Shown one piece after another: positions 10,034-22,999 of a stretch of DNA of 52,736 bases. The notes under the pieces are model-generated. The model saw only the letters and a program-made list of their open reading frames with translations. It ran no database searches and was not told where the DNA came from. Position numbers and translations under genes: made by a program. Each line of letters starts with the position of its first letter. Position 1 is the first letter of the stretch. The DNA is taken from contig CDMY01000554.1 of the NCBI GenBank assembly GCA_001179505.1, positions 1 through 52,736 of the forward strand, in the 5' to 3' direction. The DNA comes from Vitrella brassicaformis CCMP3155. Its lineage: Eukaryota > Protista > Chromerida.

Positions 10034-13000
10034 ATGGCCTCACGAAGACGCCCCAGGGCAGCCCCTCTGCTTCGGCTGCTGCTGCTGGCGCCGGCGCTGT
10101 TTTCTACGTGTGTGTGTGGTAGAAAGCGGCCGAACTTTGTGCTGATGTTCAGTGACGACCAGCAGGACGACGCCATCGGCTTCGTCCAGAGAGAACACGA
10201 CAAGATGGGCAAGGCGGTGCTGTATCCCTTTTTCAGGGACCAGACGCCAGCCATGGACAGAATCGCAGAAGAAGGCTTTTGGTTCAGGTAGGTGGGCTAC
10301 ACGGCGGTGGGCACACAACCATGAGGGAGCCAAGCCACCCACCGTGTGTGGGGGGTTGTTGTGTGCAGGAACGCCTACGTGCAGACGTCCCTCTGCTCCC
10401 CCTCACGGGCGTCGATACTGACGGGGCAGTACTCCCACATCACGGGCGTCATTGACAACGAGTCCATCTACCCCGCAGACAGACTCAACTTCGCCGACAG
10501 GCTGCGATTCGTCGGATACCACACGGCTTACATCGGCAAATGGTGCGCCACTTCTTCCTGGTGCTGACAGGCTGTCCATGGTTTCTCTCTCTCTCTGCGC
10601 TTCTCTTGCCCCCCTCTCTCTGCCAGGCACATGGGAGAGCAGCTGATCCGTCCTGGCTTCGACTATGCGGCGTCGTACCTGGGCCAAGGCATCTACCAGA
10701 ACGAGCCCTTCACCATCAACGGCAAGCACGAGGTGGGGTCGGAGGGCTATGTCGACGACATCGCCACCGACTACGCCATCGACTACCTCAAGAAACGGGC
10801 CAAGTCCGACCAGCCCTTCGCTATGATTCTGGGATTTAAGGCGCCACATGAGGTGGGTGGGTCGGCGGGCGGGTGTGTTGCTGGGGTGTGTGCGTGGGGT
10901 GGGTGTTGCACTGCTGGTTTCACTGTGTCTGCTTCATGTGTCTCGGGTCAGCCTCGCGAGCCGCCAGAGAGACTGGAGAATCTCTACAAAGACGCAGAGA
11001 TGCCCGAGTAAGATCTGGGCAAACACGCAGCCGTCAAGGCATGCAGGCAACGACTCGCCTTGCTGTGTTGTGTAGGCCGGCGAATTGGTTCAAGCGTCCG
11101 TTCCAGGGCAAGCGCGTGGTGCATTTCCCTCAGGCGGAGAAGGTCAAGTACTTCCAGCTGCTCAAGGCCGTCGACGAGAATGTGGGCCGTGTGCTCAAGA
11201 CGCTGCACAACCTCAACATGACCGACGACACTATGGTCATGTACTACTCGGACAACGGGTGCGTCAGTTAGTGGGAGGGAGCATGAGTGCAGTGCGCTTC
11301 CATGATGCGTCTCGTCTATCTGTGTGTGGTGTGGTGTGAGTGCAGGTATTTCTTGGGCTCCCATTCGTTGAATGACAAGCGGCTGGCGTATGAGGAGGGC
11401 ATCAGGATCCCCTTTCTCCTCAGATACCCGCGACTGGGGGGCGGACTCAAACCCATCGTATGGACACAGACAAGGACACAGCCCATACACAAGGACACAG
11501 AACACACAACATCTGATGACACAGCATAAGGGACCTCCCTGTTCGTTCCTTTGTCCCTGTCTGTCTCTCTCTGCCCGCCCCAGATGAACACCATATTGAA
11601 TGTGGACATCGCCCCGACCATTTTAGATTTTGCCGGCGCCCCCATCCCGCCCGAGATGAACGGCAGGTCCTTTAAGCAGCTCCTCACGGGGGAGGCCGAC
11701 CCCGCCGACCTCTGGCGGACGGGATTCCTCTACTCGTACTTCTTCGTTCAACAATTCTGGGGGTCAGTCCAGTATATTGCTGACTGATGCGCTCATAACA
11801 CAACACACAAACCGTCTTCCTTTGTGTTGGTTGGATCAGTGTGCCCGAGGTGCATGCGTGGCGTGAGGACGGCATCAACGGCACCCGAGCAGCCAAGCTG
11901 GTCATCTACCCCCGTGACATCCCCGACCGCACGAGGGCCCGCTCGCTGCCCCGATCGCAGCTCTTTTTGCTCGACAAAGACCCCCTCGAGATGCGCAACC
12001 AGATCGACAACCCAGACTATCGAGAACTGAAGCAAGAGCTGATGGAAAAGCTCAAGATGGCGTGGTTCACCGAGGGCGTCATGGACCGAATGGTCTTCGT
12101 CCGGGGGATGCCCCTGAAGCTGCTGCCGATGGCCATGTCGCAGTGGAACTTCAATTTCGGGGCGGCGGACGATTTCTTCTTCAAGAACCGGGGGCGGCTG
12201 AAGGGCACGGCGGAGATCGACACACACGACATTCCTTTCGAGGGCAGCGGCGACCTGGTGCTCGACGGCAAGGGGTACATGGACATCTCCCACCGGTCGC
12301 TGCAGAAAGGGGGCGACCACCACCGAGCCGTGGCCATGGACATCATGCCCGACGCCATCGGCCACACCCAGATGCTCTACAGCGAGGGAGGGAGGATGAA
12401 CGGCTTCGCCATGCGGCTGCACGGCCGCTCCCTGCAGGCCGTCGCCACCCACGAAGGGAAGATGGTGACCGTCTCGGCCCGTTTCTCCAGCACCGACTAC
12501 ACGCCAGTGGGGTTCAGGTGGCACGGCAACGACGGGCAGGGCCTGCTGTCGCTCTTCATCCACGGCAAAATGGTCGGGGAGAAGAAGACCAAGTACGCCA
12601 CGGTGAAGCGGCATTTCTCGCCGGCCACGATTGGCGCATGGGCGACGGAGAGTGCCTTCGGTGACAAGGCGGATGCGGGCACACGCGGGGGCTTCTTCCG
12701 CGGGCGGATCGACAATGTGCGCATCTTCGACGGGCCGAGTGAGGCGACTCCTTACAGGGGCTACGCCAACTACGAGGACATGGCGGCCATGGGCGGCATC
12801 ACATCCCACTGGTCCCTCCACGGCCACACCAGAGACCTCCTGGGGGTCGCAGATGCGCACGCCGAGGGCGGCCCGGCGGTGGCCATCAGCCGGCAGGGCC
12901 ACAGGGCGTTCACCCTCAACGGGCAGACGCAGGAGATCAGCATCCCCTCGGACGTCATCATGCGGGGCTTCTCCGCCATGTCGCTCACCCTGTGGTTCCG

Positions 13001-13558
13001 CCCAGACCGGCTCAAGGGCGTGCAGTACCTCTACGAGGAGGGCGGGCCGGAAACCGGCCTCGCACTGCAGCTGGTGGGATCTGACCTGAGGGCGGTCATG
13101 ACCAACCACAACAAGAAGACCATTGCCGAGGGACCCCTTCCCAGCGAGGAGCCGGGCAATTGGCACCACGGGGTCTTCACCTTCGGACACAAGAAAATGT
13201 CTTTGTATGTGGACGGGCGGCTGCTGGCGAGCGAGAAGGTGTCGTATGGGCGGCTGCCTGACCATGGGGATTATGGAGCATTGGGGGGCGTGGCGGGCAG
13301 CGGGGCGGCAGGACTGCCAGCGGAGGAGACGACGTTAAGGACGGGGTTCTTTCAGGTAACTGGGGAGAGAGAGAGAGAGAGAGTGGCAATGGAACTCATG
13401 TGCGTGTGTCGATATCTGTGTGTTGTCTATGTGATGTGATGTGTGTCATCTATCTATCTATCCATCAGGGTGCGTTGGAGGACGTGACGTTGTACGACCA
13501 CACGCTGACGATAAACCAGATTGTGGACCTGTACCTCAACAGCCGCAGCGGCCTATAG
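10034..13558 (+). CDS. Secreted formylglycine-dependent sulfatase (N-acetylglucosamine-6-sulfatase-like) with two C-terminal LamG/ConA-like domains
   Basis: Hydrophobic leader, then RPNFVLMFSDDQ, the CSPSRASILTG signature (10394-10408), GYHTAYIGKW, LGFKAPH, DENVGRVL..YYSDNGYFLG, YEEGIRIPFLLRYP and NVDIAPTILDFAG. Two repeats end in FRGRIDNVRIFD and FQGALEDVTLYD. Stop TAG at 13556-13558. Confidence 0.92.
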
Positions 13559-14751
13559 CTGCCTAAACACACAGAAGAGGGGGCATTTCGTTCGATGTAT
13601 TATTGTATTGGTTGCGTCTTGTGTCTCTGGTCTGTCTGTCTGTCTGTCTGTCCTTATGCCTATCTATCTTTGTGTGTACGATTGACTTTCGATGCGAAGG
13701 GATGGGATGGCAGGGGGCTAGAAATGGAATTCAATGGCCTTTTGTGTCTAGCTGCATCTCTTTGTATGTATCATTTGTCTCTCTGTCCTTTGTAGCATCC
13801 ATCCCTCTAGATATCTGTCTAGATAGCTGCGCCGCACATTCATTTTTGAGCCAGCCTTTTTCGGCCGGCCATTTAGTGCAGGCTACGCAGATCCACGTGA
13901 GCATATTTGTGTCGTCAGTCGGGTTGATGTAGGTGTAGGCACAGGATAAGATGACGACACGCATCACATCCTATCCAAGTGTTTGTCTGTCGTGTAGGTA
14001 GGTAGGGTACACTCATGACATCCACCATACCATACCATCCCATCCCATCCATGTGTGTGGGGGATAGACTAGACAGGTGGGAGAGGAGAGGGAGAAGGAG
14101 AGGGAGGGTCCGTACGTAGTCCGTGTGTGTGTAGGTGTATTGCGTGTGTGACTGTTTGATCGGATGCGGTGCGGTGCAGTACAGTAGGCGTGGCGTGCAG
14201 GCGGTGCGAACATGCGCTGTGGCCATCCCATCCTCACTCACTCATGTCATCTCATAGGACGTAGGTACCTCAGCAGACTCACTCACCTTTCTACTTGTGC
14301 ATCTTCACCGGGTGGCTACCTACAGATATGGAAGGGAATGGTGTACAAGTGCACCTCTGCCTTCCTGCCTGCCTGCCTGCCTGTCTGCCTGCTTGTGTGC
14401 CTGAATTGCATCTCCCGTCTTGCTGGGGTGTGGTGTGACCCGGTGTGGTGTGTGAGTGAGTGAAGGGTTGCAAGATGACATGAGTGTCTCTCATCTCATG
14501 GTGGTCATGATCGATGTCGTGATACTACAAAGCAATTATAGCCAAATGCATCCAGGCCAGGTGCTGGCCCCCGCACAAACGTCACACCCGCAGCTATACA
14601 CACCACCGACCCTACCCCATTGATTCTACTCTGCGCCACACCAGAAAGGTCAATGCCATCCAGGATTGTTGATTCGCATGTGAGCGGTCCGCTCACAAAT
14701 GAGACCACACTCAGACAGGCACACAGATGTCTACCTAGCGCTCAAACATCT

Positions 14752-17700
14752 TCACTTGACGGCCTCAACCTCCTTCCCCCTCCGTTCATGCCAAAAGAGC
14801 CGCCTCGTCGCGGCACCGCCCCCATCCTCACCCTTATCGCCCTCGCCCGTGTCATCGTCAATGAACCGGGCGCTCCCAAACCGTCGCCTAAAGTCCTTGA
14901 CGATCCTCTCTGCCGTCTGCTTGGCGCCCACGAGCACCAGCGGCACCCCGTTGCCAGGCCGTGCAGAGGCGCCCACCGCATAGAGATTTCCGATGGTGGG
15001 GTGCTTGGGGCCTGGCCGGAAGATTACCAGCTGTCTCAGTGGGTGAGCCAGGCCAAACACGGCACCACGCCTGCATGACGAGACAGAGAGGAGATGGATG
15101 GATGAATGGATGGATGGATGGATGGATTGTAGTGGGATGGATGGGATGATATGGTGCTTGCCTGAGGTTGTAGAGCCGTTTCCAGTCCATCGGGGACCGA
15201 ACAAACTCATGCAGAAGGGAGGACCGGATGTTCTGCGGGAACCATCAGCATGCACAGCATTGATGTTGATTCAGCCGTTTGTCACCACTGAATGAGTAAT
15301 TTCTGTGTGTGCACTGTCAGGGTACCTCCATGCCAGGGACGGCCTCCATCCTTCTCAGCACGCCCTCACGCGCATCAGACACAGTCCGATCCACCAACCG
15401 CTGCTGCTCATCAGCTGCATCCACAACACATCACATCACATCACACATCGCCCACAGCAGCAACGCATCCAGTGAATTGTATTGTGAGTGAGTGCGCGCG
15501 TCCATGGCCTCACCCGACATCCGCTCATCGAGTGCAGGCACCGGCACGAGCACCATGATGTTGTCGCATCCTTCAGGGCACGCACTCGGGTCCGTCCGGG
15601 ACGACGCGTGCACGTAGAAGTTGAAGGCCGACGCGTTGAAGGCCGCATTGCTGGTAGTGTCGAACAGCGACGCCCAGCTGGTGCGGTACTCTGACGACAG
15701 GAAGATGTTGTGATGATTCAGAGGCAGCCGATCCTTGAAGGACCTACCAAGAAGGAAAGAAAAACCGTGCAGTGAGTGGAGAAGAAACCCAAAAAGATGG
15801 GCGGGCATTCACTGCATGTCTCACCAGTAGAGGGCCACCACAGAGGTGGAGTAGTCCCACTGTGAGAAATCCCTCCCTATCGATGGCGCGAAGGACGGCA
15901 AAGCCGGGGGGGTCTTGAGCAGATGCTCCTCCGCAAACGGCAGGTCCGCGTTGACCACCACAATGTCGCTGGACACCATCATGGCCGTCTTGCCCATGTC
16001 CCTCAGCCTGCTCCTGGGAAGCGACGCTTCCAGTTTGGCCGCCTCATCGTCTCTGCCAGGTTTGTCAATGAGCACGCCTTCTGCCTCGTAGCCGCTTGGG
16101 GAAAGCAGTGTGCGCGAGACGAGGATCTCCTTGACGTTTGTGTTGAAGTGGACTTTGACCCCGAGGGATCGAACGATTTGGAGGAGTTTCTTGGCGACGG
16201 TGTGATAGCCTCCCACAGGGTAGAAGACGCCCTGCTTGAACTCAATCGCCTGACACGTCCAACCAGCAACAGGGGGAGGGGGGGGNNNNNNNNNNNNNNN
16301 NNNNNNNNNNNNNNNNNNNNNNNNNNNNNNNNNNNNNNNNNNNNNNNNNNNNNNNNNNNNNNNNNNNNNNNNNNNNNNNNNNNNNNNNNNNNNNNNNNNN
16401 NNNNNNNNNNNNNNNNNNNNNNNNNNNNNNNNNNNNNNNNNNNNNNNNNNNNNNNNNNNNNNNNNNNNNNNNNNNNNNNNNNNNNNNNNNNNNNNNNNNN
16501 NNNNNNNNNNNNNNNNNNNNNNNNNNNNNNNNNNNNNNNNNNNNNNNNNNNNNNNNNNNNNNNNNNNNNNNNNNNNNNNNNNNNNGGGGGGGGGGGGATG
16601 ACAGGTAGATTCATGTGTGTATGTGTGTGCAATGAGGGGTGTGTATCTGTGCATGTGCGTGTCAGACCTGCAGGAGTGAGAAGACCGCCGGAGCAGAATA
16701 AGGGCTCAAGCCGACATAAAGGTCTGCACAAAAAGCATCACTTGCACTGTGTCATGTGTGTGTATATGTGAGTGTGTGTGGTGCTCATCCGGCGCACCCT
16801 GGAAAGTCACAAGTGCCTGCAACCTGACACACACAAGGACACAGCAGCATACCAGGCATGTCAGCCACTCTGGCCCGTCCTCTCCGGCTCGTTCACTCAC
16901 TTGGGGTTGCTGAAGAATCGACCGGCCTCGGTGTGGTGCGACGACAACGGCCACATGGACAGCAGCGACTTGAGAAACGCATTGATGCTGTCAAAGGAGA
17001 ATTCAAATTGGATGAAGTTGGGCACACCGAACAGCCGATTTCCGTCAGCCGCGTCCAGGTACCTCATGAACTTATCGTACCTAAGACACACACAGCACAC
17101 CACACTCATGCACTGCACTTGCACCATCAGATCAGATCAGATGTGTGTTCGCCCCGCCGGCCCCAGCGCACCCATCGTCCTCCAGCTGGTCGAGCTGCTC
17201 CTTCAGGAGAGCTCGGTTGCTCATGGTGAGGTTGAGGGCCGTGCCGTCCTCGTAGAAGATCATGTACGGCGGCTCCACCTTCCTCAGATCGATGGCGTCA
17301 TGCAATGCAACACCGAGGGACGAAAAGGTCTCCTCAAAGATCTCTGACAGACAGAGTACGCACAGACACACCGCACACGATGATGCGATGCCGCCTGCAA
17401 GTGTTGGTCCTCCGTTCAGTACCAGGCATGAGGAAAAGGGATGCGCCTGTGTCAAAGCGGAAGCGGCCTTTGGACGTCTCGACCAGCTCCTCACCCACAC
17501 GACCGCCAACCATGGCCTGCAGAGGCGAACGACCATGTGCAGCAAGACAGGGCGTTCTTGCCACGGTGGAAGCACTGCAGATCGTCGTGTGTGAGTGTGC
17601 TCACCTCGCTGTTTTTCTCAAGCACGGTGACATCGAACCCTTCACGCGCCAACCTCCCTGCTGTTACGAGGCCACCTATACCTGCACCAGCCGGACACAC

Positions 17701-18028
17701 ACAGACAGCGAGGCCAAGGAGAGAAATCAGATCACGCGTATGTGTATGCTCTCACACTTTGTGTGCTCCCTCTGTTTGCACTCATCTTCTCTGCCTCTGA
17801 TCTACCTGCGCCAACCACGATGCACTTCGGCTTGTCCGTCCGGGCATCACTTTTGGCGCCATGCTTCGACCGACCTGCCCTTTGCGATGTCCTGGTCAGC
17901 CTGCTGACGGCGTGCCGATGCGATATAGGAGAGATCTGGCTGGTGGGGATGAAAGCCGAGGCTGATCCGATGGCGGATCCATGAATGAGGATGATAAAGG
18001 ACGCGCCGAGGGTGGCGAGCACACACAT
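14752..18028 (-). CDS. crtI: CrtI-type (bacterial/fungal-type) phytoene desaturase family protein with bipartite plastid-targeting leader
   Basis: Spliced motifs: CIVVGAGIGGLVTAGRLAREGFDVTVLEKN (FAD-binding), FRFDTGASLFLMP, TFQDLYVGLSPYSAPAVFSLLQAIEFKQGVFYPVGG, DIVVVNADLP, HHNIFLS, FYVHASSRTDPSACPEGCDNIMVLVPVP and VGASARPGNGVPLVLVGAK. The leader has a hydrophobic stretch followed by SASA-FIP and an S/R/T-rich transit region. Confidence 0.9.
16286..16585. other. Assembly gap (300 N) inside a G-run within a crtI intron
   Basis: Poly-G on both edges. The flanking exons join in frame (..FSLLQ|AIEFKQG..), so no coding sequence appears to be missing. Confidence 0.95.
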
Positions 18029-18359
18029 AGCTCAGGGACGGAAGATGATTCACATCTGAGGACGCGAAAAAGTTCTCTTCGCAAGCTGAGCTTGCAGACG
18101 CCAAGCTCGCGGTAGGAGGAGAAGGGAAAGGAAGAAAGAAAGACCGACTCCTCTCCAAAGGTGAGATGGACAGATAAGACTCACAAAATGCATCGCGCTG
18201 ACAATCGGCCTCTTCTGTCGCAGGGGCTGCGAGGAGCCGGCAGCTGTGCTTGGTGGAGCGGCTGTTCCAGCATGCCGTCTATGGAGCTGCCTGGGGGAGT
18301 GCCTTCAGACTTCCGCACCTGTTTTGAGGTGGTCCGCCGGCTCTCGCGCGACTTCATTA

Positions 18360-18850
18360 ACAGAGGATTGGTGCAGTCTACGAGTAGCACCAAACATACG
18401 GGAAGCCGAGAAGGAGCGGGTCCGCGAGAGTTTGATCCGGCTCAAGACCACCCTTTGTGTGCTCCTGAGAAGCGGGGCAGACATGACCCGCCTACCGTCA
18501 TGCCACCGGCGAGAGGGGGCACCGCTATTTGGGCCTCGTCATGGGCGAGTACACGACGGTGCTGAATGAGTGCCCGATTTGGCCATGGCCGCAATCAACA
18601 GCGCCCTGCGGTCCCACTGCAGCCTGGGCGCCCTGCTGCCGCACACAACGATGGCGAGGACCCCGCCCCCTCCCCGCTCTCATTCGGACCACACGAGGCG
18701 GCCGCCATTGGCTGGCGCATCGCTGCCGGATGCTTCGACTGGGACGATGCTACAGCAGCCATCAGCGGGAGACTCGGCATCTGCAACACACTGGCCCGAC
18801 GAGGCCGCCCAGCACGGTGTGGGGGGGGCAAGGGGCTTCAACGAGCACCT
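18360..18850 (+). pseudogene. Multiply frameshifted C-terminal fragment of the ankyrin-like family
   Basis: Successive frames give LKTTLCVLLRSGADMTRLP / LVMGEYTTVLNE / PDLAMAAINSALRSHCSLGALL / PHNDGEDPAPSPLSFGPHEAAAIGWRIAA. The first piece matches LKTSIRILLKAGADISRL of ORF 35864..37003 in this window. Confidence 0.7.
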
Positions 18851-19574
18851 AGGCGGTCACGATTGCCAATTCGCGTAGGGCCAGCTGGGCCACGTCGACA
18901 AAACGGGGCTATTCGTGTCGTTGGGCATCGAGGGAATTAGTGGTGGATGCAAGAGGAACAGGCAAGGCATATGGGCATTAGTTGGATTGGTGAGTCGTTC
19001 CGGACTTGGCGGTCCTGCTTGCGTTGAGCGGTGCATGATGCGCTCTCGGCGGTCTGCTATGTTGCTTTAGTCGCTTCCACGGTTCATCTGAGCCTTTGCA
19101 TTTGTGACGTTTGGCCCCGGCCTCCTTACTTTGATGGAAGACCGAGTGCATTTGTGAGACCAACGGACAGACGGCGGAGGAGCTAGTGTGTTGTTTCACC
19201 CACCCACAACCATTTGCTCAATCAAAGTCCGTGTCTCTCACGTGGGACGGTCCAGCATGCATTCCATCCATCCATCCATCCATCCATTCACACAAACATT
19301 CACAGACATGAGATGGCTGTCAGGAGCTGGCAGGAAGGGCCGCAAGGAGTGAGGGGTACATGTATCATCGAGAGGCTAGTAGTGCCACCACTCGCACACA
19401 GTGACCCTACAACCAGGCAGGCAGGACTTCCACGCCATCCATGAGCCGACAAGCCAATCCACCACCCACACACATGTATGGATGCACGACTGTACAGCGC
19501 CTCCCACCCCAATACGCTCCCCTCGAGACAGTGGTGGAGTGCAATGCAATGTAGAGAGTGTATTGTGTGTGTGT

Positions 19575-22500
19575 CTACTCCTCCTCTTTCTTGATGATAG
19601 CGTCTGTCTCACCGTGTCCGTCTCCCTCCAACTCTCTCTCCTCCTTCTTGGCTCTCTGTCTGGCCTGGCTGGGTCGCAGCACTATCGTGCCGTCTGTCCT
19701 CTCTGTCACGCGACACCTCTTCTTAGCCCCCTTCCTCACCATACCAACCACCGAGTTAGGCCTGCCACCGTACTTGTACCCGACGGACAGCACGACACTG
19801 TCGAGTGTCGGGAAGGCTGAAAACGCCTCAACCACACACTCAGCGAACGAGCCGCAACACGTGCGCAGCTCGCGGGCGCTGGCATATGTAATCTTGATGC
19901 ACACCTCGAGTGATGAAACACGGCCATTCTCCATGACCTCCCTGACTGCCTCGCTCTCCCCGTTCCCGTACATTTCCCAACCGATAGAAATGTCAGCACG
20001 TTCCTCTCTGTCTAAGTCATAGTTGTAGCGCCAGCCGTCACATGTGATATCATACTTCAGCTGGACTGCTAACTCCTTGCCTTCGCTTGACACGGACTCG
20101 AGGCCATCAGGCACGAGAGTGCATGTGGCCTCAGGGTCCGCGCAGACAGACAACTCAAAACACACCTTCTCTAGGTAGGGGGAGAGGGCATGCAGCACAT
20201 AGCCCGCCCCACGCCCAGACGCACCCACGCCCACTGGCAGCGCCCCCTCCCTCACCACAATAGACGAGACGCTCGGGAAGAGCGATGTGGGGTCGTCCGT
20301 GATGTATGAGGGCAGCAGGCCGGTGCCGGGGTAACGCACGATGGTGAGCTCGTGGGCATGCTCAAACACCATCGAATCCAGCCCGGGGGCCTCTTTGATG
20401 GTGTCGGCGGACGCATGGCTGTCGAGGGTCACCTTCTCGGCCTGCTTGCAGCACATGTCCACCGTGGCGAGGGAGTCGGTGAGGGCCTTCTTGTCGCCTC
20501 TGAAGGGCAGGTGGACGGTGGGGCCGCCCTGCAGCTCGCCCTCCTCGATGCGGCCGAAGTAGTCCTCACGGGCGTCAGGGGCCAGGCACTTGGTGCGAAA
20601 ACGATGCAATTTCTGTGCAGACGAACACGCAGACGGAAGGGTTGATGGGATGGCAATGGATGCGAAAGTGTGTGATTTCTCTCCCCACCTGTATCTCATG
20701 TATGTTGTGGATCTCTCCGATGGCCATCTCGATCTCCTCCAGGGGGCCTGCTTCATCGCCCGTGGAGCCCACCAAATTGATGAAGCCATTGTTGTAGTTG
20801 GAGCTGTCTGAGAACTTGATGCGGCCGGTCAGCGACGTGAGGCTCTTGGCTGATACATGCACACGAAAGCAAGTACATACAAAAATTCTCGCTCGGGCGT
20901 GGATTTGAATCATCATCACCTGATGGCGTGTCGGCGAGGGCGTTTGCCACATGGGTGAGACTCGCAGCGCCACCTCGGCAAGTGGGATCCTCCTGGAAGC
21001 AAAGTAGCAACATGAAGTCAATCGTTCATCAACCACACGCTCCCCTTTTCCTTTCTAAGTGGCCGCCTCACCTTGTCGCAGATGATGTGCAGCGAGCTGA
21101 TGCCGCCATCAGCCTCGCTGATCCACCGATGAGCCCCAGCCATGGTGATGTCCACCACGCCGAGGCCCTGCAGGTGCGGCATCTGATACATGCGGTCCTC
21201 TGCCACCTTCATCCACACCGTGCCAACGCTGGCTGACTCCACACGCTCAAACACAATCGGCTTCTGCCGCATACACAAGAGGGAGACATGACAATGATAA
21301 GTCCTAGGAGGCCTCTGTGCGTTGTGAGCGCCCCCACCTTGTTCTGTGGCAGGTCGACCTTCTGGAAGTCGCCCTTCCTCTGACGCATGTCTCGCTCCAC
21401 GTTGTACTGCACCTGTATCTCTGGCGCACGCTGGCCATTTCTGTAGATGGGGTGCTCGTACTGGCTGTGCAGCTCCACACTCTCGACGGTGCCCGAGAGG
21501 CGCTCCAGCAGGTACACCAGCGACTTGGTGGGCCGGTGGTAGATGCGCACGTCAGCACACTCAGACAACGGACCTGATCACAACAAAACACCACAAATGG
21601 TTGCGCACACACAGCTGTCGGGTTTCCTCTTTCCCCCCTCCTCACCGGCCGTCCATTTCTTAGCGATTTTCATCTTGGGTGAGTCCTCCAGCTCGACGAT
21701 GGGGTGCATGCCGGCCTGCTGGGTGAGGTGGTGGAAGAAGCTGTTGACGCTCGCCAGCGACTCCAGACACGACACGAAGCCCATCATGGCGCCCATCCCC
21801 ACACCGTCGGCCATCCACAGGGCCTTAGGCAGACCTTCAAGCTGCGACCTGGTCTGAGAAAGAGAGCGCGAAGTGGAGACAAATGGTGATGGATTCCCTT
21901 TCTGTGTTTGTGTTGTGTTGTGCTGTGGTGTGTTCTGTTGACCTGCTCGGTGTCGTCTTCGTCGATTTCGTCGAGTTTGTGTCGGATGGCGTCGAGTTTG
22001 CGGATGTTCTCCCTCATCTGCTTGGTAGCGACCTTGTCCACGTGGCTGATTTGCGTCTTGGCGTCGGCACACACCATGCTCGACCACACGCGAATCTGAC
22101 GATCCACCTCCTGAACAAACCCCCCACACATACAAGGAACGGCTGTGTGTGTTGATGTCGTTTGGTGTTGGCCCTGACCCACAGTCACCCACTCACTCAC
22201 CGAGATGCGGTGTTGCTGTTCGAGCGATTCGGGGTCCTGAGCGGCCTTTCTCAACTCATACACCTCACGAGCCTGCATGATGGCATTCAATACACACACG
22301 CCAACGCGCTGCCTCCCCCGTTATGCTAGACTTCCTGCCCCACGAAGAAAAGTACCTGCTTCTCGGCCTGTTTGGCCTGCTTGAGCTGCGCTTCAAGCTT
22401 CATCGTCATCTTCTTCAGAGCCTTCAACGCGTCCTCAGGACCAACCTCAACCACATCCTGCATGAAGTAACGAAGCCAAACCACAAAACACGGAAATGCA

Positions 22501-22810
22501 CACCCACCACCAGCCTCAGCAGCCATCTGCATCCCTCACTGCCCACCTCGATATCCTCATCGTCGTCGGACACCTCCATCTTATCCCTCCCGCCGCCCTT
22601 CTTATCGCCCTTACCCTTCTTATCCCCCCGCTGCCTCTTCTTGCCGGCCTTCCTGCGCCGCCCTCCCTTGCCATAGTCCGAGCCCTCCCCGTCACTGCTG
22701 CTGGTGTCGACGTCCATGACGGGTTTGCGTTTCTGCCCACCGCTCGCCTTAAGCAAGGCCAGCTGGCGGGCCGTCATGCGATGGTCGTCCTCACCGTCAC
22801 CTGCATCCAT
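19575..22810 (-). CDS. Lineage-specific hypothetical protein (basic/acidic N-terminus, coiled coil, possible degenerate F-box/LRR-like body), multi-exon
   Basis: ATG at 22810 (MDAGDGEDD..TARQLALL..KRKP). Exons include EVDRQIRVWSSM, LPKALW..HPIVEL and ITDDPTSLFPSV..EAFSAFPTLDSVVLS. Paralogous to 23000..26133. The F-box/LRR assignment is tentative. Confidence 0.75.
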
Positions 22811-22999
22811 GGTGAGAGGGAGGGAGCGGATGGCAGATCTGCCGAAAGCAAGGCACGGCGGGAACAAACAACCTCAGCTTAACCCAATGCAGAAAGGAGA
22901 TCTCACGCGGCCAGGATCCGGTGTTTACATCTGCTCTCCTCTCTGCTCTCGTTCTCTCTTTTCGTCATCTCTCTTCTCACGCCAACTATTGTCGCCACC

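Noticed and set aside
11793-13265. 490-aa minus-strand ORF (and similar long antisense ORFs such as 733..1458, 12062..12664, 36233..37123 and 39768..40793)
   Set aside because: Shadow frames of GC-rich coding exons with no recognisable motifs.
16286-16585. Missing crtI exons in the gap
   Set aside because: Flanking exons join in phase to give the contiguous conserved motif FSLLQAIEFKQGVFYP.
6053-18028. Bacterial contamination or a recent HGT island explaining three bacterial-like genes
   Set aside because: All three have many GT-AG introns with the host's microsatellite style and eukaryotic targeting leaders, and they are contiguous with host genes.
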